This document shows positions 1 to 8,667 of a DNA stretch of 64,000 nt, one piece after another. The position numbers and the translations under genes were made by a program. The notes below the pieces were generated by a model. The model was given only the letters and a program-made list of their open reading frames with translations, made no database searches and was not told the DNA's origin. Every line of letters starts with the position of its first letter. Position 1 is the stretch's first letter. Source of the DNA: an uncultured delta proteobacterium (lineage in GTDB: Bacteria > Myxococcota > Myxococcia > Myxococcales > Myxococcaceae); contig CAWCKH010000004.1 in NCBI GenBank assembly GCA_963796055.1, forward strand, positions 3,424,001-3,488,000, written 5' to 3'.

Positions 1-40
1 CCGGAGGCCTGAACCCTGCTGGGGTTGTGGAGAAGGCGGG

Positions 41-943
41 ATGAAAGGCTCCACAGAACGAGCTGCTCAGCCGGACAGCATTGTCGAGATTCCGTGTTCG
101 CGTACGTACGAGGAGCCCGAGAGCCAGGAGCAGCTCGCCAGGATCATCCAGAGCTCGATCACGCGACGAGTCGCTCCCTCAGAGCGCACTCACGAGGAGG
201 TTGCTTCGCTGGCGCTGGGCGGCAGTCCGTCGGAAGTGGTCATCATCGAGACGCCCAAGAGCGAGCCGGAGGAGTGGATCAACCTGCTGCGCAAGACCCT
301 TGCGACAGCCGAACCCTCGCCTTCCGCGGTGGCGTTCCGCATCATCGATACCTCCAAGAGCGAGCCGGACGAGTGGATCAACCTGTTTCGCAAGAACCTT
401 GCGATGGCCGAGCCTTCGCCTTCCGCGGTGCCATTCCGCATCATCGAAGCCTCCAAGAGCGAGCCGGAGGAGTGGATCAGCTTGTTTCGCAAGAACCTTG
501 CGATGGCCGAGCCCTCGCCTGTAGAGGCGGCGTTCCGCATCATCGGGCGCGAGCTACCGACGTATCGGCCGACACCGATCCCTCTGTTCGCTGGAGACTC
601 ACGCGAGCGTCAACGCGACTTGTTGATGGAAAGCACCCTCAACTCGCTCCCTCAACGCCAGGGCGTTTCGGCCGAAGCAAGTCGGTCAGCGCTCGCGTTT
701 TGGAAGAGACTTCGCACGTGGATTCCAACCGTCACGCTCCCGCAGACACAGGTGACGCCGGAGGGCGGCATCCACATGGCTTGGCAGCGAGGTGGACGCT
801 TTGCCAGCATCGACGTGAGTGGCAACGCAGCAGTGGACTGGTTCTTCCAAGACCCAGGAACAGGTGAGGCTGCGAGCGGTGACGACCAGGAGAGCCCCCT
901 CGGTTTCATCTCGTACCTTCAGAAGCTCTTTGAGCAGAGATGA
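41..943 (+). CDS. Hypothetical protein with three 33-aa tandem repeats and a C-terminal domain; possible antitoxin-like partner of the next gene
   Basis: 300-aa ORF; repeat SKSEPEEWINLFRKNLAMAEPSPSAVxFRII; stop overlaps the next ATG (ATGA at 940-943). Confidence 0.7.
   Translation: MKGSTERAAQPDSIVEIPCSRTYEEPESQEQLARIIQSSITRRVAPSERTHEEVASLALGGSPSEVVIIETPKSEPEEWINLLRKTLATAEPSPSAVAFRIIDTSKSEPDEWINLFRKNLAMAEPSPSAVPFRIIEASKSEPEEWISLFRKNLAMAEPSPVEAAFRIIGRELPTYRPTPIPLFAGDSRERQRDLLMESTLNSLPQRQGVSAEASRSALAFWKRLRTWIPTVTLPQTQVTPEGGIHMAWQRGGRFASIDVSGNAAVDWFFQDPGTGEAASGDDQESPLGFISYLQKLFEQR
241..545 (+). repeat. In-frame 99-bp tandem repeat, about 3 copies
   Basis: catcatcg recurs at 241, 340, 439 and 538 (exact 99-bp period) with near-identical intervening sequence. 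Confidence 0.95.
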
Positions 944-1431
944 GTACCTCGGGCACGCCGTTGCCCGATGGATCGAGAGTCCTCCGCCTCCGCAACAAGC
1001 CGGAGATCGAGGCAGAGGAAGGTCCAGTACTGGATCCCGTCATGTTCAGACCGAACAAGGCGGACCTTGATGATGCGAAGGCCAATGGGAACCCAGTCCG
1101 TCTGTCGGACTGGGATCGCTCTCGGACCACCGTTCAGCAGGCAATCGAGTTCCGGACCAGTGACAAGCTACAACAGGTGTTCGAGTTGGGCGTTGACGAT
1201 GTCTCGGAGGTCGCTAGCGCGTTCGAAGCCCGGTGGCCGCCATGGAATGATCGCCTGAGGGTGGTCGAAGACCCGAAGGCCGAATATTGTGTGCGGCCCG
1301 GAGGTGACGGGCACTGCGGAATAGAGGGGCTACACAGGCCTGAGGAGAGGAAGGCAGAGAAAGCCTTCTTCAACACCGTTCGCCTGGAACTTGCTCGTCG
1401 CGTGAAGCTCCTCGATCCCGATGAGTGGTAG
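940..1431 (+). CDS. Hypothetical protein, possible ADP-ribosyltransferase/RES-like fold
   Basis: 163-aa ORF coupled to the upstream gene; pattern VLR...F...LSDW...V..DP...HCGI.G. Confidence 0.65.
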   Translation: MSTSGTPLPDGSRVLRLRNKPEIEAEEGPVLDPVMFRPNKADLDDAKANGNPVRLSDWDRSRTTVQQAIEFRTSDKLQQVFELGVDDVSEVASAFEARWPPWNDRLRVVEDPKAEYCVRPGGDGHCGIEGLHRPEERKAEKAFFNTVRLELARRVKLLDPDEW

Positions 1432-1899
1432 CCAGTCGGGGGACTGGTGAGAAGCAACGTCTTCGAACGAGTCCAGCCGAAGAAGCCCTCCATTACGCCA
1501 CACGAAACGCACCACGTCCGCGCCGCTGGTCTTCGGGATGGGCTCGGCGCGGAAGTCCCACACGCTCCAGTCCTGGGGTCCGTACTTCTGGACCGCACGC
1601 TCCATCACGCGTGCGATGGCCGACTCCGGTGTGCCACCTAGCTCGACCGCGTTGGCGTGCTTGATGCCGGTATCTCCGCCCCAGCAATCCCAGCCGAGCA
1701 CACTCACCGAAATCTCCCTCCGATTGCGCCTCCGCCTCTAGTCGGGCGGGCTGCCGGTCTGCGAGGAACGGCGTGAATTCTGAATTCCGTAGGATCCGAG
1801 CGTATGGACAGGCTGGAAACTTGCCGCTAGTCTGTACGCCTAGGGCCCAAGCGAGCGACTTCGGTCAGGCCGCCTTCTCCACGGGCCCGGGGGGGACGC

Positions 1900-2802
1900 G
1901 TGGACTGGCGAGCAAAGGTCCTAGGTGCAGCGATCCTCGCGGTGTTCGCGGCAGTGGCCGGCTCGGCCTGCTCATCGGCTCTGGCCCAGGACGGTGAGCT
2001 CACGCTTGAGGACGTCAGAGGCCGGGCATCCGCATTGTCGACCTCTTCTTGCCCGACGGGGGCAGTCAGCCGTGCCACCAACTCAACATCATCGGAAACG
2101 ACTGCCACGACACGACGGGTTTCCCTGTGGCCTGCTGCTTCTACACCGCGTCTCCCTCCCCGACTCAGCTTCAGGGACCGGCGTGCACCGAGTACTCAGG
2201 AACCACCGTCATGATTCAGCAGGTCGGAAAGGGATTCTGCTGTGAGCGCTATGCGCCTGGGTACGGACCAACAGACTGGGTCAGATCGGAGGACCCGAAC
2301 TTGGCCACCCCGTGTGCGTTCTGCGGTGGCGAGACGCCCAACGACAATCAATGCTGCACGCGAGACCGAAACGTCGTGCAGAAGTTTCCAATCGTGAACC
2401 TCGACGACTGTCCAGACCGGGTGCAGATAAAGCCACCGGAACAGACGACGCCCGCCTGCGGGCCAGCGGATGCGGGCGTCTTCACGCGCGCCGTCATTCC
2501 GCAGCGTTTCGGCCCTGTTCCGTTTGAGCCGTCTTGCATTGAGCACGACTACTGCTACAGCACGTGTAGGCGGGACAAGGGGTTCTGCGACCGACAGATT
2601 AACGAACTCCTACGGGCTGCCTGCATGGACGCTTTCGCAGCTCAGATTGAGGCGATCGGGAGGGCCGGCGGCGACCCGAGATCGCTGAGCGCCGTACTCA
2701 ATAGCTGCCTCTACGCGGCTGACAGCTTCTTTGGGGCAGTGGTGAGCAGGGACAAGAGCCTACGACAAGGCGCAGAAGGAGTTCTGCAAGTGCTGCGAAT
2801 GA
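1900..2802 (+). pseudogene. Frameshifted secreted Cys-rich protein with a phospholipase A2 (group XII-like) domain
   Basis: Signal peptide in the 1900 frame; shift near 2050 to the frame with CIEHDYCYSTCRRDKGFCD; second shift near 2755 back to a frame reading YDKAQKEFCKCCE-TGA (2800-2802). Confidence 0.7.
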
Positions 2803-3233
2803 CCAGACGAATCCTCTGCCTGCTCCTGCTCGCTGTCGCCTGCAAGGAGGCCCCAATCAGCGGTTCGCCCGACGCTGGCCAATCGAGTCTCGCTGGGAAA
2901 TGGCAGGGCGTTCAGTCGGTCGACCCCAACGGCCAGGGCAGTCTCGCTAGACTAGAGTTACAAGGAGCGCCGGGTGGGCAGGTGCGGGGCGCCTTGGACG
3001 TTTCCTATGGCATGGACGCCAACGACCTCGCCACCATCGGCTTCCTCTCCGGACCTGCCCAGGGCGGCACGTTCATCCGGGGCACATCCTTTCTTCCTGA
3101 TGGCGGTCTGGAGCCTCGTTTGACGATGACGATCACGGTCTCTCAATCCCTCAACCACATCGACTGGGTCGAGCAGCAGCACACCCTCGACGGCGGTCCG
3201 CTACCCATCTACTACCGGATGGACAGACAGTAG
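2799..3233 (+). CDS. Putative lipoprotein (candidate immunity protein)
   Basis: MTRRILCLLLLAVAC lipobox; ATG overlaps the TGA of the PLA2-like gene (ATGA). Confidence 0.7.
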   Translation: MTRRILCLLLLAVACKEAPISGSPDAGQSSLAGKWQGVQSVDPNGQGSLARLELQGAPGGQVRGALDVSYGMDANDLATIGFLSGPAQGGTFIRGTSFLPDGGLEPRLTMTITVSQSLNHIDWVEQQHTLDGGPLPIYYRMDRQ

Positions 3234-3270
3234 TTCTCACCTCCGCCTGGAACGACGAACCACGACGCGC

Positions 3271-3640
3271 GTGGGAAGAAAGAAGAGCCCCCCAATCCGC
3301 TGCGTGGTCCCGGGCTGCGACCACCTCATCCAGCGCCGGCAATACTGCATCCGGCACTATCGCGAGCGGGTCCTGCCGCGGTGCCGGGTAAGGGGGTGCG
3401 GCCGGCTTCGGCTTCTGCGAGCCCCACTACAGGAACGGCGGCAAGCCGATCCCCGTGAGAGCCAAGCGTAGTGCCGCAACTGGCCCCCGTGTCTTCGCCT
3501 GGAGCCGACTTTACGGTGCCCGTGTTCGAGGGAGAGGCCCGGCGGCTGGGGCTGAGGAACACGGGGATGCTGGCCGAGATCGTCGAGGCTTGGGCCCGAG
3601 CGCGTGACCTGCCCCCGAGCTGTCAAAGCGGCTGCGGCGC
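3271..3640 (+). pseudogene. Decayed small Cys/His zinc-ribbon repeat protein
   Basis: CVVPGC...YCIRHY, then a second CRVRGC whose GFCEPHY half is out of frame near 3405. Confidence 0.4.
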
Positions 3641-3831
3641 ACCGCCGCGTCGCGCCGCATCGCCGTCGCCGAGCTGTTGCGCCAGGTGCTGGAGGCGGGG
3701 CTGCCCTGAGCCGCGGGCATCTCGGCGCCATGCCCCGGCCAGTCCCAGCTCGGCTAGTAGCGCAACGTGAACCTTCACATCAGCAGGCCTACGCATCCGG
3801 GGAAGCGCACCGTGCCGCAAGAGATTCGCGC

Positions 3832-3883
3832 AAATGCGCAGACACTACGTTTTAGCTGGTTATGAGCTGATGTTTGCGCATTT
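3832..3883. promoter_or_regulatory. 13-bp inverted repeat in an AT-rich intergenic stretch; candidate operator or island boundary
   Basis: aaatgcgcagaca (3832-3844) and tgtttgcgcattt (3871-3883), one mismatch. Confidence 0.45.
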
Positions 3884-4315
3884 CTTGCACTTCGCGACCG
3901 ACGGCTCGAGCGATTAAGACCAATAAGTATCAATGAAATTGCGGGTCCGGCCTTCGGGGCATGGGAAATGCTGCCAATTTGCGTATATCACCTATGCGCT
4001 GGGCGCAGGGAGGGGTCCCGATGAGGCCTCTAGACCGCGCAGCGGTAGCGGTATCGCTATGCCTGCTCGCTTTGGGCCCTGCGTATGCCGCATCAACGCC
4101 TGGCGTTGCGAGCGCAGACGCTGAGAGCAGCAATCCGCCGACACACTGCGGTTCCTGGGGGTGCCCAATGAGACGACTGACTTTCTAGAGGACATCGCCT
4201 TGAAGAGCTTTGTCCACGCCGACACTCTCGGCGAATGCCTGCGCGGGCGCTTCTCTCTTGAAGAATTCGCTTCGTTCGGGAGCCTTGCGTCCTCCTGAAG
4301 AAGCTCGGAGGCATC

Positions 4316-4993
4316 ATGAAAACATCAAAAAAGTCCATGGTGGTTGCGGCTGTCGTTCTTTCGCTCTTCATGCCGGCACGGTCTGCGCTTGCCCAGGTGC
4401 AGCACCTGCCACTCAGCAGGTTCATCGACGTGCAGTTTGAGCAGGCCGCCTGGCAAGATCCTGCGTCGGGCGACACCCTCGTCTTTGATCTCTACGGAGC
4501 GCGCGCCGCGGCCTTCGGCCTTCAGCTCGGCACGACGGTGCAGGGCGGCGTGGACATCCGTGATCTGGGCAATGGCACCGAGCGAGTGACCGTGAACTGG
4601 CAGACGCGGAACGCCGTCTGCGCCGGTCTCAACGCCAATGGCGATGCGGCATTCGGATTCTTCGCCGTCGAGATCGCCGCCGGTGCTCCCGCATCCCTGG
4701 GCCACGGTCACACGCTCATCGAGTTCACCCAGCCCACCGGAAGCCCCATGCCGACCCAGTTCGAGATCTTGAACGGCGTCGGCGGCAGGGTCTGGGAGAA
4801 GACCCTGACCAGCATCATGTGCCAGAACGGAGAGCTCAGGGCCGGATCGGGCTTCCCGGAGGGCACTCGCGGCTTCGCCCAGACGACGCAGACGGCCCTG
4901 CTGTCCACGGGAGTGCCGTCCGGCTGTCCACCCGAGAAGGACGCTGACTGCTTCCCCGCGGAGAAGGTGCAGTTCAAGCCGAACGGCCACTGA
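4316..4993 (+). CDS. Secreted hypothetical protein
   Basis: 225 aa, GGAGG RBS, signal peptide ending ALA-Q, GC3-biased codons. Confidence 0.85.
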   Translation: MKTSKKSMVVAAVVLSLFMPARSALAQVQHLPLSRFIDVQFEQAAWQDPASGDTLVFDLYGARAAAFGLQLGTTVQGGVDIRDLGNGTERVTVNWQTRNAVCAGLNANGDAAFGFFAVEIAAGAPASLGHGHTLIEFTQPTGSPMPTQFEILNGVGGRVWEKTLTSIMCQNGELRAGSGFPEGTRGFAQTTQTALLSTGVPSGCPPEKDADCFPAEKVQFKPNGH

Positions 4994-5319
4994 GGCTGCC
5001 ACCCAGAAGCGTGAGCTCGCGCGCAGCCGCGGCCCGCTGCCTGCCAGGCCTGCCTCGGGCTCCCAGCCAGCGACGCATCGCCGAACTGGCGCGTGACCGA
5101 CGCCCACTGAGGCTGCGGCCACCGCCACGACGGCCCGGACGAGTGCCGAGGCTTGCGGACGGACGTTGCACGATGCCGATCTCGATCGACGAGCTGCTGT
5201 GCACCAGGCTGCGCACGCCGAAGAGGAGCTCGCTCCACGCCTTGCTCAGTCCATGGATGTCGCGGAGCGGCAGTCGCAGCGGAGCGCCACGGTCGCGAGC
5301 AGCTCCTGGAGCTTTCGAG

Positions 5320-5652
5320 TCAGAGGGTCGGGCAGCGGTGCGTCTCCAGGGCCTGGTCGAGGGCCTCGAGTGAGTCCTGGGTGTACGCCAGCTCCTGCTT
5401 CCAGGCGTCCTTCTCCCAGGCGGCCGCATCCGGCTGCGCGAGCTGGTCGAGCAAGTGGACCTCCTGCTCCGCCAGCGCGGCCTCGGTGTCCCGGAGCTCG
5501 ACACACTGCTCTGACAGGACCGCCACGGTCGCTGCCACGCCGGCGACTGTCTCCCTTTCCGACATCTCCCGAGGCGGAACACTGGCGGCAGGAGGGGATG
5601 ACCCCGTGGGGAGGAGCCCCAAGAGCAGGAGTGGCAGGTACTTCACCTTCAT
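5320..5652 (-). CDS. Small secreted coiled-coil hypothetical protein
   Basis: 110 aa, hydrophobic N-terminus, acidic helical body. Confidence 0.7.
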   Translation of the reverse strand: MKVKYLPLLLLGLLPTGSSPPAASVPPREMSERETVAGVAATVAVLSEQCVELRDTEAALAEQEVHLLDQLAQPDAAAWEKDAWKQELAYTQDSLEALDQALETHRCPTL

Positions 5653-5941
5653 CGAGCCTGGTCCTGTGCATTTGCCAGGCCGAGCCGCGGAGCGAGGGTT
5701 CCGCGAGATGGGGCGACGGGAGCCGGGTCATTCATCTCCTCTGGGGAGAGATTGACCCGGGGGAGAGTGTTACACGATGTGCGTCCAGGGGCGACGGGCT
5801 CGCCCTCGTGCTCGCGGGCTCCCGCCTGGGGCCGCCGCTTCGGTGCGGCGTGCAGTCTGCTGCCGGCAGATCCGCCCGTCCGATCTTGGTCTCGAGGCAG
5901 GGCGAGCGATCGAATCGCGCCGGGGTCTCCGATGGCCGCTG

Positions 5942-6001
5942 GCGCACCAGGGACGAGCGCACCAGGGACGAGTTGACAAGAAATGGGCGGAGGTTTATTG
6001 A
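5942..6001 (+). promoter_or_regulatory. 15-bp direct repeat abutting a TTGACA -35 element; candidate promoter for the structured leader
   Basis: gcgcaccagggacga twice (5942-5971), TTGACA at 5973-5978, imperfect -10 (tattga) 17 bp later. Confidence 0.45.
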
Positions 6002-6019
6002 CCGCCGCCTTTTCGTGAG

Positions 6020-6213
6020 GTCCGTCGTGAGAACGCAATTCTCGATCGATTGCTTGTCCAGGGCGCCGAGCGCCTCCGGGCATGCGTCAGGTCGCGTTCT
6101 CCGCGCGTATCTCCGACTTCCGGGAGAGCCAGTCTCAGACTCGAACGTCTGAGCTGCTGCTCCCGGAGGCCGAGTTCTCGCGAGGGAATCCGGCCTTCGA
6201 ATTTCCACGAGAC
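6020..6213 (+). ncRNA. Candidate structured RNA (multi-hairpin)
   Basis: Pairings gagaacgc 6029-36/gcgttctc 6094-6101; cttccgggag 6117-26/ctcccggagg 6160-69; ctcagac 6134-40/gtctgag 6147-53; ttctc-GCGA-gggaa 6175-88. Confidence 0.4.
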
Positions 6214-6354
6214 ATGGCGGTGCGCCCCAGCGGCGCCGCGGTGACCTCCGGGGAGCACCAGCGTTCCACAGCGCGGGCGTTCTCCTCTCGGGATTTCACA
6301 CGCGGTTGGCCGCGCATCGGGCTCCGCTCGGCGAAGGGAACGGCCGCTGACGGT

Positions 6355-6425
6355 TCTCGCCCCGCTCTGAAAGGAGCACTGGACTTGAAATCCAGCGCCC
6401 GCGGTTCGAATCCGCGGGCACGTGC
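6355..6425 (+). ncRNA. tRNA-like element (pseudo-tRNA, anticodon-position TGA, incomplete acceptor stem)
   Basis: D arm gctc/gagc 6364-77; anticodon arm ctgga-cttgaaa-tccag 6379-95; T arm cgcgg-TTCGAAT-ccgcg 6400-16; only 3 bp of acceptor pairing, no CCA. Confidence 0.75.
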
Positions 6426-6704
6426 ATTGGACACGCACCGAGGCGCCGGCGTGAGCCGGCCCGGAGTCCGGCCGCACCAGGCGACCGGCCCGCGAACGAA
6501 TGCCGTGAACCGGCCATCCCGGGACGCCGCCGCTGCCATCGGGCGGCAGCCATCCCATGGACCGCCGCTTCGCCGCCTCGGCGCGCGCCGGACGTCCCTG
6601 GGCGGAGGGGGACGGAGCACGGCGCCCGTGAGCGTCCGGCGCCTCACTTTTCTTGTCTTCGACACCTGTCGTTGCAGCACCCCGAAGGAAGGAGGTCGTC
6701 AGTC

Positions 6705-7787
6705 ATGCGAATCGATGTCGCCGTCAATCAGCGGGCCCTGGTCCTCGTGGACCAGATCCCGGCGCGCTACCTCGGGCCCGGTCGTCACCGGATCCGGGTG
6801 GCTCCGTGGCGGGCGCTCGAGGTCCGTCTCTACGACACCGAGCGCCTCCTGGCGGAGCTCCGTCCCGAAGAGCTGGCCCTGGTGCCTGAGCGGGAGCTCG
6901 CGCGACTGATCGTGACTCCTGATCAGCGCGCGGTGCTGTCGCGGCGCGGGCGGCCGGTGAAGTGGCTCCAGGCGGGAATGCACCTCGTCTGGACCGTGGA
7001 TCCGACTGTCAGCCTCGAGGTGCTGGACGTGTCGGGTGTCGAGGCCGCGCCGCTCCGCGACGAGGTCAAGGCGCTCGTTCCGGCCGGCGACTACGTCGAG
7101 GCCACCGCGGCCGAGGGGACTGCCGTCCTCCGGTACGTGGATGGCGCGCTCGAGGCCGTGCTCGGCCCCGGGCGTCACGCGGCGTGGACCGTGCGCCGGA
7201 AGGTCCAGCTCTCGGTGATCGACACCCGCGAGAAGCAGCTCGCGGTGAACGGGCAGGAGGTGATGACCCGCGACCGCGTGTCGCTGCGTCTGAACCTCGT
7301 GGCGGCCTGGCGGGTGGCGGACGTCCGCCGCCTCGCCACCGTGGCCCGGGCGCCGGAGGAGGTGCTCTACGTGGCGGTGCAGCTCGCCGCGCGCGAGGCC
7401 GTGTCGACCCGGACCCTGGACGAGCTGCTCGCAGCGCGGGAGCAGCTCGGCCTGCAGCTGGTGCCCAGCGTGCGCGAGCGCGCGCAGAGCGTGGGCCTCG
7501 AGCTGCTCGACCTCGGCGTCAAGGACCTGGTGCTCCCGGGGGAGATGAAGACCCTCCTCAACCGGGTGATCGAGGCCCAGAAGGAGGCCGAGGCCAACGT
7601 CATCCTCCGCCGTGAGGAGACCGCGGCCACCCGGTCGATGGCCCAGACCGCCAAGGTGCTCGGCGAGAACCCGCTGCTCGTCCGCCTCAAGGAGCTCGAG
7701 GCGTACAAGGAGCTCGCCGCCAAGGTGGGCCAGGTGCACGTCGTGCTCGGCGACGGCGCGCTGCCGCAGCTGCAGCTGAAGTCGTGA
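6705..7787 (+). CDS. Slipin family (SPFH/band 7) protein
   Basis: AAGGAGG RBS; GQEVMTRDRVSLRLN, LPGEMKTLLNRVIEAQKEAEANVILRREETAATRSM, NPLLVRLKELE motifs. Confidence 0.92.
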   Translation: MRIDVAVNQRALVLVDQIPARYLGPGRHRIRVAPWRALEVRLYDTERLLAELRPEELALVPERELARLIVTPDQRAVLSRRGRPVKWLQAGMHLVWTVDPTVSLEVLDVSGVEAAPLRDEVKALVPAGDYVEATAAEGTAVLRYVDGALEAVLGPGRHAAWTVRRKVQLSVIDTREKQLAVNGQEVMTRDRVSLRLNLVAAWRVADVRRLATVARAPEEVLYVAVQLAAREAVSTRTLDELLAAREQLGLQLVPSVRERAQSVGLELLDLGVKDLVLPGEMKTLLNRVIEAQKEAEANVILRREETAATRSMAQTAKVLGENPLLVRLKELEAYKELAAKVGQVHVVLGDGALPQLQLKS

Positions 7788-7791
7788 GCGG

Positions 7792-7830
7792 GGGGCCCGC
7801 CCGGAATCCGCCGGGCGGGCCCCGATTTTT
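7792..7830 (+). terminator. Rho-independent terminator after the slipin gene
   Basis: ggggcccgcccgg/ccgggcgggcccc 13-bp stem followed by gattttt. Confidence 0.75.
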
Positions 7831-7837
7831 CACCAGG

Positions 7838-8527
7838 TCAGGCCGCCTGGGCGGCCATGTCCCTGCGCCTGGACGGAAGCGAGCAGAGGAGCAGCAGCCG
7901 GTCGCCGTGCGCCTCCTCGATCTCCAGCCGCCGGAACAGCTCCGCGCTCTCCCCGTGGGACGCATCGAGGATGCGCCGCCGTTCGCCGGCGGAGTGGCGG
8001 ATACCCCTCGCCAGGCGCGAGAGGACGAAGGGGCGCTCCGCGCATCCCGAGGCGCCGAGCCACGCCCGCGCGGCGTCCGCCAGCGGCAGGAGCTCCTCGC
8101 GGAACGAGCCGTCGGGCGCGGGCTGCACGTCCGCCCAGAACGCGCGGGCATCGCGGAGCGCCAGCGGCGTGGCGGTGGTGGTGAAGAGGCAGAGACGATT
8201 GCCCCGCGCCTCCTCCTCGTCCTGCGCCTCGGTGCTGAACCGCGCCAGGACCGCCGCGGCGCTGCGCTCGTCCCGGGCACCGCTCAGCCCGAGGTACCGC
8301 GCTTCCCGGCGCTCGGCACCGACCGGGAGGCGTACCCGCGCGACGAAGAGGAAGGCGCACGGACCCTCCGCATCGGCCGCCAGGTACAGCAGGTCGCAGC
8401 GGAGGAGCTCGTCGGTGAGCACGGAGCACCCCGGCGCGTAGCTCGGGGCGACCAGCCTCGCCATTCCGTCGATCAGGTCGTGGTTCCAGGCACCCTTCTG
8501 GAGTTTCGTCACGGAGATGTCGCTCAT
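7838..8527 (-). CDS. Hypothetical protein (possible GNAT-like fold)
   Basis: C-terminal part of the 7838..9475 ORF from MSDISVTK; globular composition. Confidence 0.7.
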   Translation of the reverse strand: MSDISVTKLQKGAWNHDLIDGMARLVAPSYAPGCSVLTDELLRCDLLYLAADAEGPCAFLFVARVRLPVGAERREARYLGLSGARDERSAAAVLARFSTEAQDEEEARGNRLCLFTTTATPLALRDARAFWADVQPAPDGSFREELLPLADAARAWLGASGCAERPFVLSRLARGIRHSAGERRRILDASHGESAELFRRLEIEEAHGDRLLLLCSLPSRRRDMAAQAA

Positions 8528-8667
8528 GGGATGGCGGTCGACGAGCACGCCGGATGCCAATCTCGAACGCCATGAGATCGAGGGGTTGGCCCTGGCCGGT
8601 GTAGCGCCGGAGGCAACTCGTCGCGGCGGATGAAACACGGAAATCCCGCGCGGGCTCCCCCGGCTGG

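Noticed and set aside
241..545. 99-bp repeats as a CRISPR array
   Set aside because: Whole units repeat in frame within an ORF, with no unique spacers and no cas genes
1330..1707. 125-aa minus-strand ORF
   Set aside because: Overlaps the 3' end of 940..1431 by about 100 bp and has no recognisable motif; cannot be supported, though not excluded
2049..3233. Single 394-aa PLA2-lipoprotein fusion
   Set aside because: An internal lipobox and an out-of-frame natural C-terminus indicate two genes joined by a frameshift
6355..6425. Functional tRNA-Ser(TGA)
   Set aside because: Acceptor stem only 3 bp, no long variable arm, no CCA; kept as a tRNA-like element
6340..6510. HDV-like (theta) ribozyme suggested by cgg-ttctcgcc-ccg and cgaatg
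   Set aside because: P1 and P2 pairings could not be built by eye; needs a motif search
6220..6650. Group II intron (GTGCGCCC at 6220)
   Set aside because: No convincing domain V/VI, no RT ORF and no interrupted gene
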